Shown here piece after piece: positions 53,571-61,963 of a DNA stretch of 64,000 nt; the first letter of the stretch is position 1; each line of letters begins with the position of its first letter. The stretch is from an uncultured Actinomycetota bacterium (GTDB taxonomy: Bacteria; Actinomycetota; Actinomycetes; Mycobacteriales; SCTD01), in assembly GCA_963784705.1 (NCBI GenBank), contig CAWASC010000008.1, positions 538,141-602,140 on the forward strand, read 5' to 3'. A program made the translations under genes and the position numbers. The notes under the pieces were generated by a model. It did no database searches. It worked only from the letters and a program-made list of their open reading frames with translations, and was not told the origin of the DNA.

Positions 53571-54650
53571 CTACGCGACGAGCCCGAGGCGGCGCAGCTC
53601 GACCGTCAGGTCGTGCGGCGACGTCGACGCCGCCATGGCCGCCTCGAGGGTGATCACGCCGTCGCGGACGAACGACACCAGGTGCTGGTCGAAGGTCTGC
53701 ATGCCGTAGTACGAGCCCTCCGCGATGAGCGCCGGGATCGTCGAGGTCTTGTCAGGGTCGGCGATGGCATCGGAGATCCGGCCGGTGTTGACGGCGACCT
53801 CCATGACCACGCAGCGCCCCTCGCCGTCGGCGCGCGGGACCAGCCGCTGGCAGATGATCCCGCGCAGCGCACCGGCGAGCGCGAGACGCACCTGCTTCTG
53901 CTCGTGCGGCGGGAAGAAGTCGATGATGCGGTTGATCGTCTCCGCGGCATCCGTCGTGTGCAGGGTGCTCATGACGAAGTGCCCGGTCTCGGCGGCGGCG
54001 AGGCCGGCCTTGACCGTCTCGTGGTCGCGCATCTCGCCGACCAGGATGACGTCGGGGTCCTGCCGCATCGCGGCGCGCATCGCCGTGACGAAGTCCTCGG
54101 TGTCGACGCGGACCTCGCGCTGGTTCACCATCGCCATCTTGTCGAAGTGCAGCACCTCGATCGGGTCCTCGATCGTGACGACGTGCACCTCCTTGTTGCT
54201 GTTGATGTGATCGATCATCCCGGCGAGGGTCGTCGTCTTGCCCGAGCCGGTCGGACCCGTGACGAGCACGAGACCGCGGGGCTCCATGGCGAGCGAGGCG
54301 AGGACCGCGGGCAGGCCCAGGTCGGTCAGCGGGATCGCACCGACGGACACGCGACGGAACACCAGACCGGCGGAGCCGCGACTGCGGAAGGCGTTGACGC
54401 GGAAGCGTCCGACGCCGGACAGGGAGTAGGCGAAGTCGGCCTCGTTGGTGCGGTGGAACTCGTCGACGAGGTCCTCGCGGAGCACCTCCGACACCATCTG
54501 CTCGGTGTCGCTGGCGGTGAGGTCGCGCGTCTGCAGCTTGCGCAGGCGACCGTCGATGCGCACCCGCGGCGGCGAGCCGACCTTGCAGTGCAGGTCCGAC
54601 CCCCCGCACTCGACCAACGCACGGAGGAAGGGCTCGATCGAGGTGCTCAC
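53571..54650 (-). CDS. pilT: PilT-family type IV pilus retraction ATPase homologue
   Basis: 359 aa. Walker A GPTGSGKTTT, Asp box, Walker B ILVGEMRD, and His box TGHFVMSTLHT. Confidence 0.9.
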   Translation of the reverse strand: MSTSIEPFLRALVECGGSDLHCKVGSPPRVRIDGRLRKLQTRDLTASDTEQMVSEVLREDLVDEFHRTNEADFAYSLSGVGRFRVNAFRSRGSAGLVFRRVSVGAIPLTDLGLPAVLASLAMEPRGLVLVTGPTGSGKTTTLAGMIDHINSNKEVHVVTIEDPIEVLHFDKMAMVNQREVRVDTEDFVTAMRAAMRQDPDVILVGEMRDHETVKAGLAAAETGHFVMSTLHTTDAAETINRIIDFFPPHEQKQVRLALAGALRGIICQRLVPRADGEGRCVVMEVAVNTGRISDAIADPDKTSTIPALIAEGSYYGMQTFDQHLVSFVRDGVITLEAAMAASTSPHDLTVELRRLGLVA

Positions 54651-54699
54651 CCTTACCTGTTCGGCGCGCGGCAGGAGGACCTTGACTGAGCCGTTCGGG

Positions 54700-56110
54700 C
54701 TATCTCAGACCGGACATCCACGCCTCGACACCGTCCGGGTCACGCGGCAGCGCCGCGGACAGGTTCCGGTAGCCGTCCTCGGTGATGAGCACGTCGTCCT
54801 CGATGCGGACACCGATGCCCCGCAGGTCCTCGGGGACCAGCAGGTCATCGGGCTGGAAGTACAGCCCCGGCTCGACGGTGATGACGTAACCGGCCTGCAG
54901 GGTGCCCGCCTTGTACATCTCGTTGCGGGCGGCGGCGCAGTCGTGCACGTCGAGCCCCAGCATGTGGCTGACACTGTGCAGGGTCCAGCGGCTGTAGCGC
55001 TTGTCGTCGTCCGCGAGCGCCTCCTCGGCCGACTCCAGCAGGCCCATCGCCTCGAGTCCCTCGGCCAGGACCCGCATCGCAGCCTGGTGCGGCGCGAGGA
55101 AGGACGCACCCGGCTTGCACTCGGCCAGCGCCGCCTCCTGCGACCGGTAGACCAGGTCGTAGACCTCCCGCTGGCGCGGGGTGAACGTGCCGTTGATCGG
55201 CAGCGTGCGGGTGACGTCGGCGGTGTAGAGCTCGTGACCCTCCACGCCCATGTCCAGCAAGATCAGCTCGCCCGGTCGCACGGCTCCGTCGTTGTCGGTC
55301 CAGTGCAGCGTGCAGGCGTGCGCACCGGCGGCGCAGATGGACCCGTAGCCGACGTCGTTGCCCTCGACGCGGGCCCGCAGCCCGAAGACGCCCTCGGCCC
55401 AGCGCTCGCTGGTCTCGACGGCAGCCGGCAGCGCACGCACGACGTCCTCGAAGCCCTTGATCGTGGCGTCGACGGCCTTCTGCAGCTCGTCGACCTCCCA
55501 CGCGTCCTTCACCAGCCGCGCCTCGCTCAGCCAGGTCGCGAGCTCCTTGTCCTTCTCCTCGTCCACCTCGAACAGCGCAGCAGCCTTCGCGTCGTACCCC
55601 TGCAGGACCCGGGCGGCGGTGCCCTGGAGCTTCTCGAGCTCCTCGATCGGGCGGGTCGGGAGGCCCAGCTCCGCGGTGACGGCGTCGAGGGACGGTCGCG
55701 GGCCGACCCAGAGCTCGCCGTTGCGGTCGGTGAAGAAGGCGGGGGTGGTGCGGTCCCAGGCCTGCGCCTGGTAGAGCGTCGCCTGCCCCTCCGCGTCGAC
55801 CACCAGGACGGCGTCGGGCTCGTGCGAGCCGGCCAGCCAGGAGAAGTCGCGTGCCCGGACGGAACCGGAAGTCGGTGTCGTTCGCGCGCACCTTGAACCC
55901 ACCGCTCGGGATCACCAGCACCTCACCCGGGAAGGTCGCGGCGAGGCGCTCACGGCGCGCGGCGCGGTACGGCGCCCCGGGACCGGCCGCGGGCAGGGCG
56001 CTGTCGCGCGGCGCCCAGCCGGTGCTCATGAACTCCAACAGCTTCGCCGGCCGCTGCGGGTCGTGGCTCGCGGTGCCGTCGGGGGCCTTCTCCTGGGGTG
56101 TCTCGCTCAT
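54700..56110 (-). pseudogene. pepP: Xaa-Pro aminopeptidase (M24B); frame broken by a 1-nt insertion near 55849-55853 (or sequencing error)
   Basis: The N-terminal ~86 aa (MSETPQEK...KVRANDTDFRFRPG) lie in frame of 56110. The rest (DFSWLAGSHEPDAVLVV...HWTDNDG...DMGVEG...VEPGLYF...GVRIEDDVLIT) lies in frame of 54700. The span of 1411 nt equals 3n+1. Confidence 0.9.
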
Positions 56111-56146
56111 CCCCTCAGCGTACGGCGGGAGAGTGCTGCTCGGGGA

Positions 56147-56907
56147 CTATCGCCCCTGCCACACCGGCGGGCGCTTCTGCAGGAACGCCGTCACGCCCTC
56201 GCTGGCGTCCTGCGTGGTGTTGAGCAGCGACAGCTGCGCCTGCATGGCCTCGAGCCCCGCGGACAGCGAGGACTCGAGCGCCGCGGCGAAGGCGGCCTTG
56301 CCCAGCCGCACGGCGACAGGCGGCTTGGCCGCGAGCGCGGCGACCAGCGTCTCGGTCTCGCCCGGCAGGTCGGCGACGACCCGGCTGATGAGACCCATCT
56401 CCCGGGCCTCGACGGCGGGCACGCGACGGGCGCTCAGCATCATCTCCATGGCGTGCTTCGGGCTCACGTGGCGGGCGAGCAGCGCGCTGACCATGAACGG
56501 CCAGAGCCCGAGGTCGACCTCCGGCAGCCCGAACTGCGCGTCCTCGGCGGCGAGCACCACGTCGCAGCCGAGCACCAGCGCGATCCCACCGGCGAGGCAG
56601 AGCCCCTGCACTGAGGCGACCACGGGGACGCGGGCAGTCGTTCATCGCCAGGACGAGCTCGCGGAGCAGCCCGCGGCTCTCGTGCACCTCGAGGCCCGTC
56701 GCGTCGGGCGCCATCTGCACCAGGTCGGCGCCGCTGCAGAAGACCTTGCCGGCGCTGGTGATCCGCACGACGCGGGCGTCGCCCGGCTCGCGCAGCGCCG
56801 CGAGCATCCCGCTGCAGGATCTCGCCGTTCAGCGCGTTGCGCTTGGCCTCGCGGTCCAGGTGCAGGCCCAGCACCCCGGCCTCCCGGGTCACGACGAGGT
56901 CGCTCAA
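56147..56907 (-). pseudogene. enoyl-CoA hydratase/isomerase (crotonase) family; frame broken twice by 1-nt insertions (or sequencing errors)
   Basis: There are three colinear pieces in three frames. Piece 1: MSDLVVTREAGVLGLHLDREAKRNALNGEILQ. Piece 2: MLAALREPGDARVVRITSAGKVFCSGADL...NDCPRP. Piece 3: VVASVQGLCLAGGIALVLGCD...GVTAFLQKRPPVW. The junctions lie at the CCC run 56818-56820 and the GGGG run 56624-56627. The span of 761 nt equals 3n+2. Confidence 0.88.
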
Positions 56908-56975
56908 CGCACTCTCCTTGCGGCTGCTGGCGCGGCGACGGTGTGCCGGCGCGCGTGGGCACCGACACTAGTGCG

Positions 56976-57509
56976 GTGCTGTTCGTCGTCGTCGTCCTGA
57001 CCTGCGCCCTTCTGGTCGGTGCGCTGGCCGGTGGCGACCTGCGCCGGCTGAGCCACCTGCACCTGCGCGACGGGCGACTGGTCGCCGTGGCTCTCGCGCT
57101 GCAGGTCGTGGGCGCGGTGGTGGGAGGGGCGGCCTACCCGCTCGGGTTGGCGCTGTCGGCCGCCCTCGTGGTGACGTTCCTCCTCCGCAACCGCGGGGTG
57201 CGCGGCACAGGACTGGTGGGGCTCGGCCTGCTGGCCAACGCGCTGGTCGTGAGCCTGAACGGAGCCATGCCGGTGAGCGCGGAGGCGAGCGGGCGCGCGG
57301 GGGTCACCACCCAGGCCGTCGTCGCCGGCACCGACCCGCGCCACGAGCTCAGCGACGACCACACCCGAGTCCCCTGGCTCGCCGACGTCATCCCGGTCCC
57401 GCTTCCACTGCGGCCCGAGGTCGTGAGCCCCGGAGACGTCCTCATCGCCGCCGGTCTCGCCCAGCTGCTCGTCGTCGGCATGACCCGACGCCCACGCCGA
57501 CTAGGCTGA
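56976..57509 (+). CDS. DUF5317 domain-containing membrane protein
   Basis: GTG 56976 (VLFVVVVLTCALLVGALAGGDLRRL...). NGAMPVS and PEVVSPGDVLIAAGL motifs. Alternative starts exist at 56943 and 56955. Confidence 0.65.
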   Translation: MLFVVVVLTCALLVGALAGGDLRRLSHLHLRDGRLVAVALALQVVGAVVGGAAYPLGLALSAALVVTFLLRNRGVRGTGLVGLGLLANALVVSLNGAMPVSAEASGRAGVTTQAVVAGTDPRHELSDDHTRVPWLADVIPVPLPLRPEVVSPGDVLIAAGLAQLLVVGMTRRPRRLG

Positions 57510-57550
57510 CCCGCAGCCGAACACGACTCACCCGATCCAGAGGAGGCACC

Positions 57551-57625
57551 ATGGCCAAGAAGGGTCGCAAGCGCCGCGCCCGCAAGAAGAGCGCCGCCAA
57601 CCACGGCAAGCGCCCCAACGCGTAG
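57551..57625 (+). CDS. 50S ribosomal protein bL37 (24 aa)
   Basis: ATG 57551 lies 4 nt after AGGAGG. MAKKGRKRRARKKSAANHGKRPNA* closely matches the mycobacterial bL37 sequence as I remember it (MAKRGRKKRDRKHSKANHGKRPNA). Too short for the ORF track. Confidence 0.85.
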   Translation: MAKKGRKRRARKKSAANHGKRPNA

Positions 57626-57636
57626 CTGTTCCCTCC

Positions 57637-57666
57637 CTGAAGCCCTCGCCCCGGCGGGGGCTTCAG
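57637..57666. terminator. bidirectional stem-loop between bL37 and the convergent epimerase gene
   Basis: CTGAAGCCC (57637-57645) / GGGCTTCAG (57658-57666), a perfect 9-bp stem with an extendable GC-rich interior. Confidence 0.55.
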
Positions 57667-58559
57667 TCGTGTGCGGGGTTCGCCCGTAACCCGTCGACGG
57701 TCTGCGCGAGCCCCTGCTCGAGCGGCACGGCGGCCTCCCACCCCAGGGCGCGGCGTGCCGCACCGCTCTCGAGGGCCAACGTGGGCCCGCCCCCGGCGGC
57801 GAACTCCGGGGCGTCCGCGACCGCGCAGACCGTCGCGAGGTGCCGGTGCAGGTCGCGCTCGGTGGTCGCGGTGCCGGTGCCGATGTTGAGCCGCCGCCCC
57901 TCCCCCTTCCCGCCCAGGCAGCGGAGCACCGCATCGGTCACGTCGTCGACGTGCACCAGGTCGTGGCCGCGGGAGCCGTCGCCGTACAGCACGCCGGGCT
58001 GTCCGACGACCAGCGACCGGGCGAGGTCGTGCACCAGCCCGCGTCGTGCACCCGGGCCGTAGACGGTCCCCAGCCGCAGCGTGACGGCGTGCAGGTCGGC
58101 CGTCGCCTGCACGAACGCCTCCGCGGCGACCATGGCAGCGGCGTACGGCGTGAGCGGACGCACCGCCGCGCGCTCGCCGGCTGGGAGCACCGCCGGTTCG
58201 CCGTACACCTCTCCTGCGCTCGCGAGCACCAGTCGCGCACCGGTGCGGGCGCACGCGCGGGCGACGCGGGCGGCGCCGAGGACGCCGGCGGCAGAGGTCG
58301 CCGCGTCCGCGTCGGGAGGTGCCGCCGCGAGGTGGACGACGACCTCGGGGTCGGCCCGGGCGAGCAGGGCGTCCACGTCTGCGGAGGTCACGTCGAAGCG
58401 GTGGAACCCGAAGCCCTTGTGCCGGCGTACCTCGTGCAGGTCGGCGAGCCGGCCCCAGGACAGGTCGTCGACACCGGTGACCCGGTGCCCGTCCGCGACC
58501 AGTCGCCCGACGAGGCGGCTCCCGAGGAACCCGGCGGCGCCGGTGACCAGGAGCCTCAG
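57663..58559 (-). CDS. NAD-dependent epimerase/dehydratase family protein lacking a canonical start codon (possible CTG start or decaying gene)
   Basis: The Rossmann motif LRLLVTGAAGFLG is in-frame upstream of the track ORF. The open frame contains no ATG/GTG/TTG upstream of it. CTG 58559 overlaps the galE stop as CTGA. The active-site motif reads PYAAAM rather than YxxxK. Confidence 0.65.
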   Translation of the reverse strand: MRLLVTGAAGFLGSRLVGRLVADGHRVTGVDDLSWGRLADLHEVRRHKGFGFHRFDVTSADVDALLARADPEVVVHLAAAPPDADAATSAAGVLGAARVARACARTGARLVLASAGEVYGEPAVLPAGERAAVRPLTPYAAAMVAAEAFVQATADLHAVTLRLGTVYGPGARRGLVHDLARSLVVGQPGVLYGDGSRGHDLVHVDDVTDAVLRCLGGKGEGRRLNIGTGTATTERDLHRHLATVCAVADAPEFAAGGGPTLALESGAARRALGWEAAVPLEQGLAQTVDGLRANPAHD

Positions 58560-59509
58560 TGGCGCAGCCGCCAGCCGGCCCAGGCGCTCTCGACCATCTC
58601 CGGGAGGTCGTAGCGCGCGACGAAGCCGAGCTCACCCCGGATCCGGTCGACCGACGCGACGATCCGCGCGGGGTCGCCGGGGCGCCGGGGAGTGACGTCC
58701 GGGGTGGTGTCGATGCCCGTGACGTCGGCGATGACCTGCAGCACCTCCTTGACGCTCGAGCCCTTGCCCCGCCCGATGTTGTACGTCGAGCCCGCCGAGC
58801 CGCTGTCGAGGGCACGGGCGGCGGTCAGGTGGGCGTCGGCGATGTCCGCGACGTGCACGTAGTCGCGGATGCAGCTCCCGTCCGGAGTGGGGTAGTCGTC
58901 ACCGAACAGCCGCGGCTGCTCGCCCTTCTCCAGCCGCTCGAAGACCATCGGCACCAGGTTGAGCACCGCAGGGTCACCGAGCTCGGGCGTCGCCGCGCCC
59001 GCGACGTTGAAGTAGCGCAGGTTCATGACACGGAAGCCGTAGGCCTCCCGACAGGCGTCCAGCAGCCACTCCCCCACGAGCTTCGTCTGCCCGTACGGCG
59101 ACAGGGGTGCCTTGGGGGTGTCCTCGTCCACGAGATCGACGTCGGGCATGCCGTAGGTCGCGGCGCTGCTGCTGAAGACCAGCTGATCGATGCTGCGCTC
59201 GCGGCACATCTCGGCGAGGGTGAGCAGGCCGTCGAGGTTCTCGCGGTAGTAGTGCAGCGGCTGCGCGACGGACTCACCGACCTGCTTCTTCGCCGCGATG
59301 TGCACCACCCCGGTGACGCCGTCGAGGGCCTCGCCGAGCGCCGTGCGGTCGAGGATGCTGCCCTCGACGAACCGCGCCGCGGGGTCGATCCGGGACGCGT
59401 CGCCGGTGGACAGGTCGTCGAGCGCGACGACGTCCATCCCGTCCGCGACCATGGCCCGCACCACGTGCGCCCCGATGTACCCCGCTCCGCCCGTCACCAG
59501 CCACGTCAT
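58556..59509 (-). CDS. galE: UDP-glucose 4-epimerase
   Basis: 317 aa. VTGGAGYIGAH, SSSAATYG, and SPYGQTKLVGE (YxxxK intact). Confidence 0.92.
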   Translation of the reverse strand: MTWLVTGGAGYIGAHVVRAMVADGMDVVALDDLSTGDASRIDPAARFVEGSILDRTALGEALDGVTGVVHIAAKKQVGESVAQPLHYYRENLDGLLTLAEMCRERSIDQLVFSSSAATYGMPDVDLVDEDTPKAPLSPYGQTKLVGEWLLDACREAYGFRVMNLRYFNVAGAATPELGDPAVLNLVPMVFERLEKGEQPRLFGDDYPTPDGSCIRDYVHVADIADAHLTAARALDSGSAGSTYNIGRGKGSSVKEVLQVIADVTGIDTTPDVTPRRPGDPARIVASVDRIRGELGFVARYDLPEMVESAWAGWRLRH

Positions 59510-59564
59510 GCCCGTGACCCTAGTCGGCGGGGCGAGCCACCGAGGGCCCGCGCAAGGTCAGCAC

Positions 59565-59846
59565 CTACTCGGCGCGGTACTCCACGTGCTCGATCTCGAT
59601 CCGCACCTGCTGGATGCGGGTCAGCACCCGCGCGCGCAGGTCGATCGGGGCCTTGTCGGAGCAGGAGCGGGCCACCAGGGCCTTCACGGCCTGCTCGAGG
59701 CCGTACTTGCGCAGGCAGGGCGCGCACTCCTCCAGGTGGATGCGCACGTGCTCGCGGTCATGGTCCTCGCACTCGCCGTCGAGGTAGAGGTAGACGGTCT
59801 CGAGGACCTCGCTGCACGGGGTCTCGTGCGGGTCGCCGCAGCTCAT
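59565..59846 (-). CDS. rshA: mycothiol-system anti-sigma-R/H factor (ZAS family)
   Basis: ATG 59846 overlaps the sigH stop as ATGA. 93 aa. ZAS motif HLEECAPC plus an upstream Cys. Confidence 0.9.
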   Translation of the reverse strand: MSCGDPHETPCSEVLETVYLYLDGECEDHDREHVRIHLEECAPCLRKYGLEQAVKALVARSCSDKAPIDLRARVLTRIQQVRIEIEHVEYRAE

Positions 59847-60574
59847 GACTCGCCCGCCCCCTCGACAGCGCCGGCCTTGACCAACCCGCGCTCGACCGCG
59901 TAGTCGGCCAGCAGCGTCCTGAGCCCGCGCCGTCCGCGGTGCAGGCGCGACATCACGGTGCCGATCGGCGTGCCCATGATCTCCGCGATCTCCTTGTAGG
60001 AGAAGCCCTCGACGTCGGCGAGGTACACCGCCATGCGGAAGTCCTCGGGCAGCTTCTGCAGGGCGTCCTTCACGTCGCTGTCCGGCAGGTGGTCGAGCGC
60101 TTCCATCTCGGCGCTGCGCAGGCCGGTCGAGGTGTGCGCCTCGGCCGCAGCGAGCTGCCAGTCCTCGATCTGCTCGGTCGGCGACTGCAGCGGCTGACGC
60201 TGCTTCTTGCGGTAGGTGTTGATGAACGTGTTCGTGAGGATGCGGTAGAGCCAGGCCTTGAGGTTCGTGCCCTCCTGGAACTGGTGGAACGCCGCGAACG
60301 CCTTGACGAACGTCTCCTGGACGAGGTCCTCGGCGTCGGCCGGGTTGCGCGTCATCCGCAGACCCGCAGAGTAGAGCTGGTCGAGGAACGGCAGCGCATC
60401 GCGCTCGAACCGCGCGCGCCGCTGCTCGCTGGTCTCGCTCTCCGCGTTGATGACGTCCACCTCCTCGTGAGAGGTGGACGCTACAGGAGCGGGTCCGAAG
60501 GGGAGCAGGTCGGCAGAGGGGACGGCGGGGTCCCACGCACCGTAGAGCGGCGCGTGGACGCGGCACGGGGCCAT
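59843..60574 (-). CDS. sigH: ECF-type RNA polymerase sigma factor SigH/SigR
   Basis: [40 protein letters not shown]...[28 protein letters not shown] 60574 lies 5 nt after GAGGAGGAG. An alternative internal GTG exists at 60460. Confidence 0.9.
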   Translation of the reverse strand: MAPCRVHAPLYGAWDPAVPSADLLPFGPAPVASTSHEEVDVINAESETSEQRRARFERDALPFLDQLYSAGLRMTRNPADAEDLVQETFVKAFAAFHQFQEGTNLKAWLYRILTNTFINTYRKKQRQPLQSPTEQIEDWQLAAAEAHTSTGLRSAEMEALDHLPDSDVKDALQKLPEDFRMAVYLADVEGFSYKEIAEIMGTPIGTVMSRLHRGRRGLRTLLADYAVERGLVKAGAVEGAGES

Positions 60575-60613
60575 CTGCTCCTCCTCGCGATCGGCGGGTG
60601 TGTCACCGCTCTC

Positions 60614-60640
60614 AACGCCCGCGTGGACGCCCGACATTCC
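60614..60640 (-). promoter_or_regulatory. SigH/SigR-type autoregulatory promoter (GGAAT-N19-GTT)
   Basis: The minus strand reads GGAATgtcgggcgtccacgcgggcGTTgag, about 40 nt upstream of ATG 60574. The consensus as I recall it is GGAAT-N18-GTT. Confidence 0.65.
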
Positions 60641-60664
60641 ACCTGCGGCAACTAGGCTCGGCTC

Positions 60665-61354
60665 ATGCAGCACGAGCGGCCGACGGGACAGCACGGCGCA
60701 GGGCACCACCCTGCCGTCGAGCAGTACCTCGAGACCATCCTCGAGCTGGAGGAGTCCGGGATCCTCCCGCTGCGTGCGCGCCTGGTCGAGCGCCTGGGCG
60801 TCAGCGCCCCCTCGGTGAGCGAGACGGTCAAGCGCCTGGAGCGCGAGGGCTACCTGACCCTCGACGACGAGCGGGTCATCCACCTGACGGGGACGGGGCG
60901 CGAGTACGCCACCGCCGTCCTGCGTCGGCACCGGCTCGCCGAGCTGCTGCTCGTGGACGTGCTGAAGGTCCCGTGGTCGCAGGTGCACGAGGAGGCCTGC
61001 CGCCTCGAGCACGCCATCAGCGACAACCTCGAGGCCCACCTGGTGCGACTGCTCGGTGACCCCGGCGCGTGCCCGCACGGCAACCCGATCCCCGGCTCGG
61101 CCAACGTCGTCGACCCTGGACCCCTCCGGCCGCTGTCGGACGTGCCCGTCGGCACCCGTTGCGTCGTACGCCGCATCGACGAGCACCTGCAGACCCAGGT
61201 CGAGCACATGCTCGACCTCGAGCGTGGGCACCTGCTGCCGGGTCAGGCCGTCACCCGGTCCGCCGGCGAGGACGACGAGGTCGTGCTCGACGTCGACGGC
61301 GCCAGCGTGACCCTCACCCGGACCGTCGCCACCGAGGTCTACGTCAGCGCCTGA
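60665..61354 (+). CDS. ideR: DtxR/IdeR-family metal-dependent transcriptional regulator with C-terminal SH3-like domain
   Basis: [47 protein letters not shown]. Metal site [10 protein letters not shown] (Cys retained as in IdeR/DtxR). Confidence 0.85.
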   Translation: MQHERPTGQHGAGHHPAVEQYLETILELEESGILPLRARLVERLGVSAPSVSETVKRLEREGYLTLDDERVIHLTGTGREYATAVLRRHRLAELLLVDVLKVPWSQVHEEACRLEHAISDNLEAHLVRLLGDPGACPHGNPIPGSANVVDPGPLRPLSDVPVGTRCVVRRIDEHLQTQVEHMLDLERGHLLPGQAVTRSAGEDDEVVLDVDGASVTLTRTVATEVYVSA

Positions 61355-61940
61355 CGAGCGTCGCGAGCCACGGCCCGACCGCTGCGGCGATCTGCGGCGC
61401 TGCGGGCGCGTCAGCCGTGCGGACGCGGAAGCCGTGGTCCGCCCCAGGCACGAGGACCGCTCCGTCGGGAACGCCGAAGGCGTCCCGCTCCCCCTGCACG
61501 ACCAGCGTGGGTACGACGACGCCGGTCAGCTCGGGCAGCCGCGAGCGCTCGGGGCGACCTGGTGGGTGGAGCGGGAACGCCAGGCACAGCACCGCGTCGG
61601 CGCCGACCTGCGCCGCGGTGCGACACGCCACCCGCGCCCCCGCGCTGCGACCGCCCACGACGAGCGGGGAGCCCTGCAGCGCGGAGAGCACGGCGATCCA
61701 GGCCTGGTCCAGCCGCGCGGGTGCCTCCGCGACCTTGCGGCCCCGCACGCGCCACGGCTGCTCGACCAGAGCCACGCGCCAGCCGAGGCCGAGCGCCGCC
61801 TCGCTCGCGGCGACGAGGTCCACTGCGTCGACGCCGCCACCGGCGCCGTGCCCGAGCACCAGCAGCGGCTTCCCGGACCCGGCCTCGTGCACCCGCGCCA
61901 TCCCGATCGGCGTGGCAGCATCGCGGGAGGTGAAACACAC
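61344..61940 (-). CDS. alpha/beta hydrolase family protein (dienelactone-hydrolase/KANL3-like)
   Basis: [11 protein letters not shown] and the [10 protein letters not shown] nucleophile elbow. The start may instead be ATG 61901. The 3' end overlaps the ideR-like gene by 11 nt. Confidence 0.7.
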   Translation of the reverse strand: MCFTSRDAATPIGMARVHEAGSGKPLLVLGHGAGGGVDAVDLVAASEAALGLGWRVALVEQPWRVRGRKVAEAPARLDQAWIAVLSALQGSPLVVGGRSAGARVACRTAAQVGADAVLCLAFPLHPPGRPERSRLPELTGVVVPTLVVQGERDAFGVPDGAVLVPGADHGFRVRTADAPAAPQIAAAVGPWLATLVRR

Positions 61941-61963
61941 GTGGCGAAGGGTAGGAGGCCCGC

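Noticed and set aside
5421-56830. Programmed ribosomal frameshifting as the explanation for the broken frames in the carboxylase beta subunit, kgd, pepP and echA.
   Set aside because: There are no slippery heptamers or downstream pseudoknot-like structures. None of these gene families is known to use recoding. Three of the five sites are plain C/G homopolymers, so a mutation or sequencing error is far more likely.
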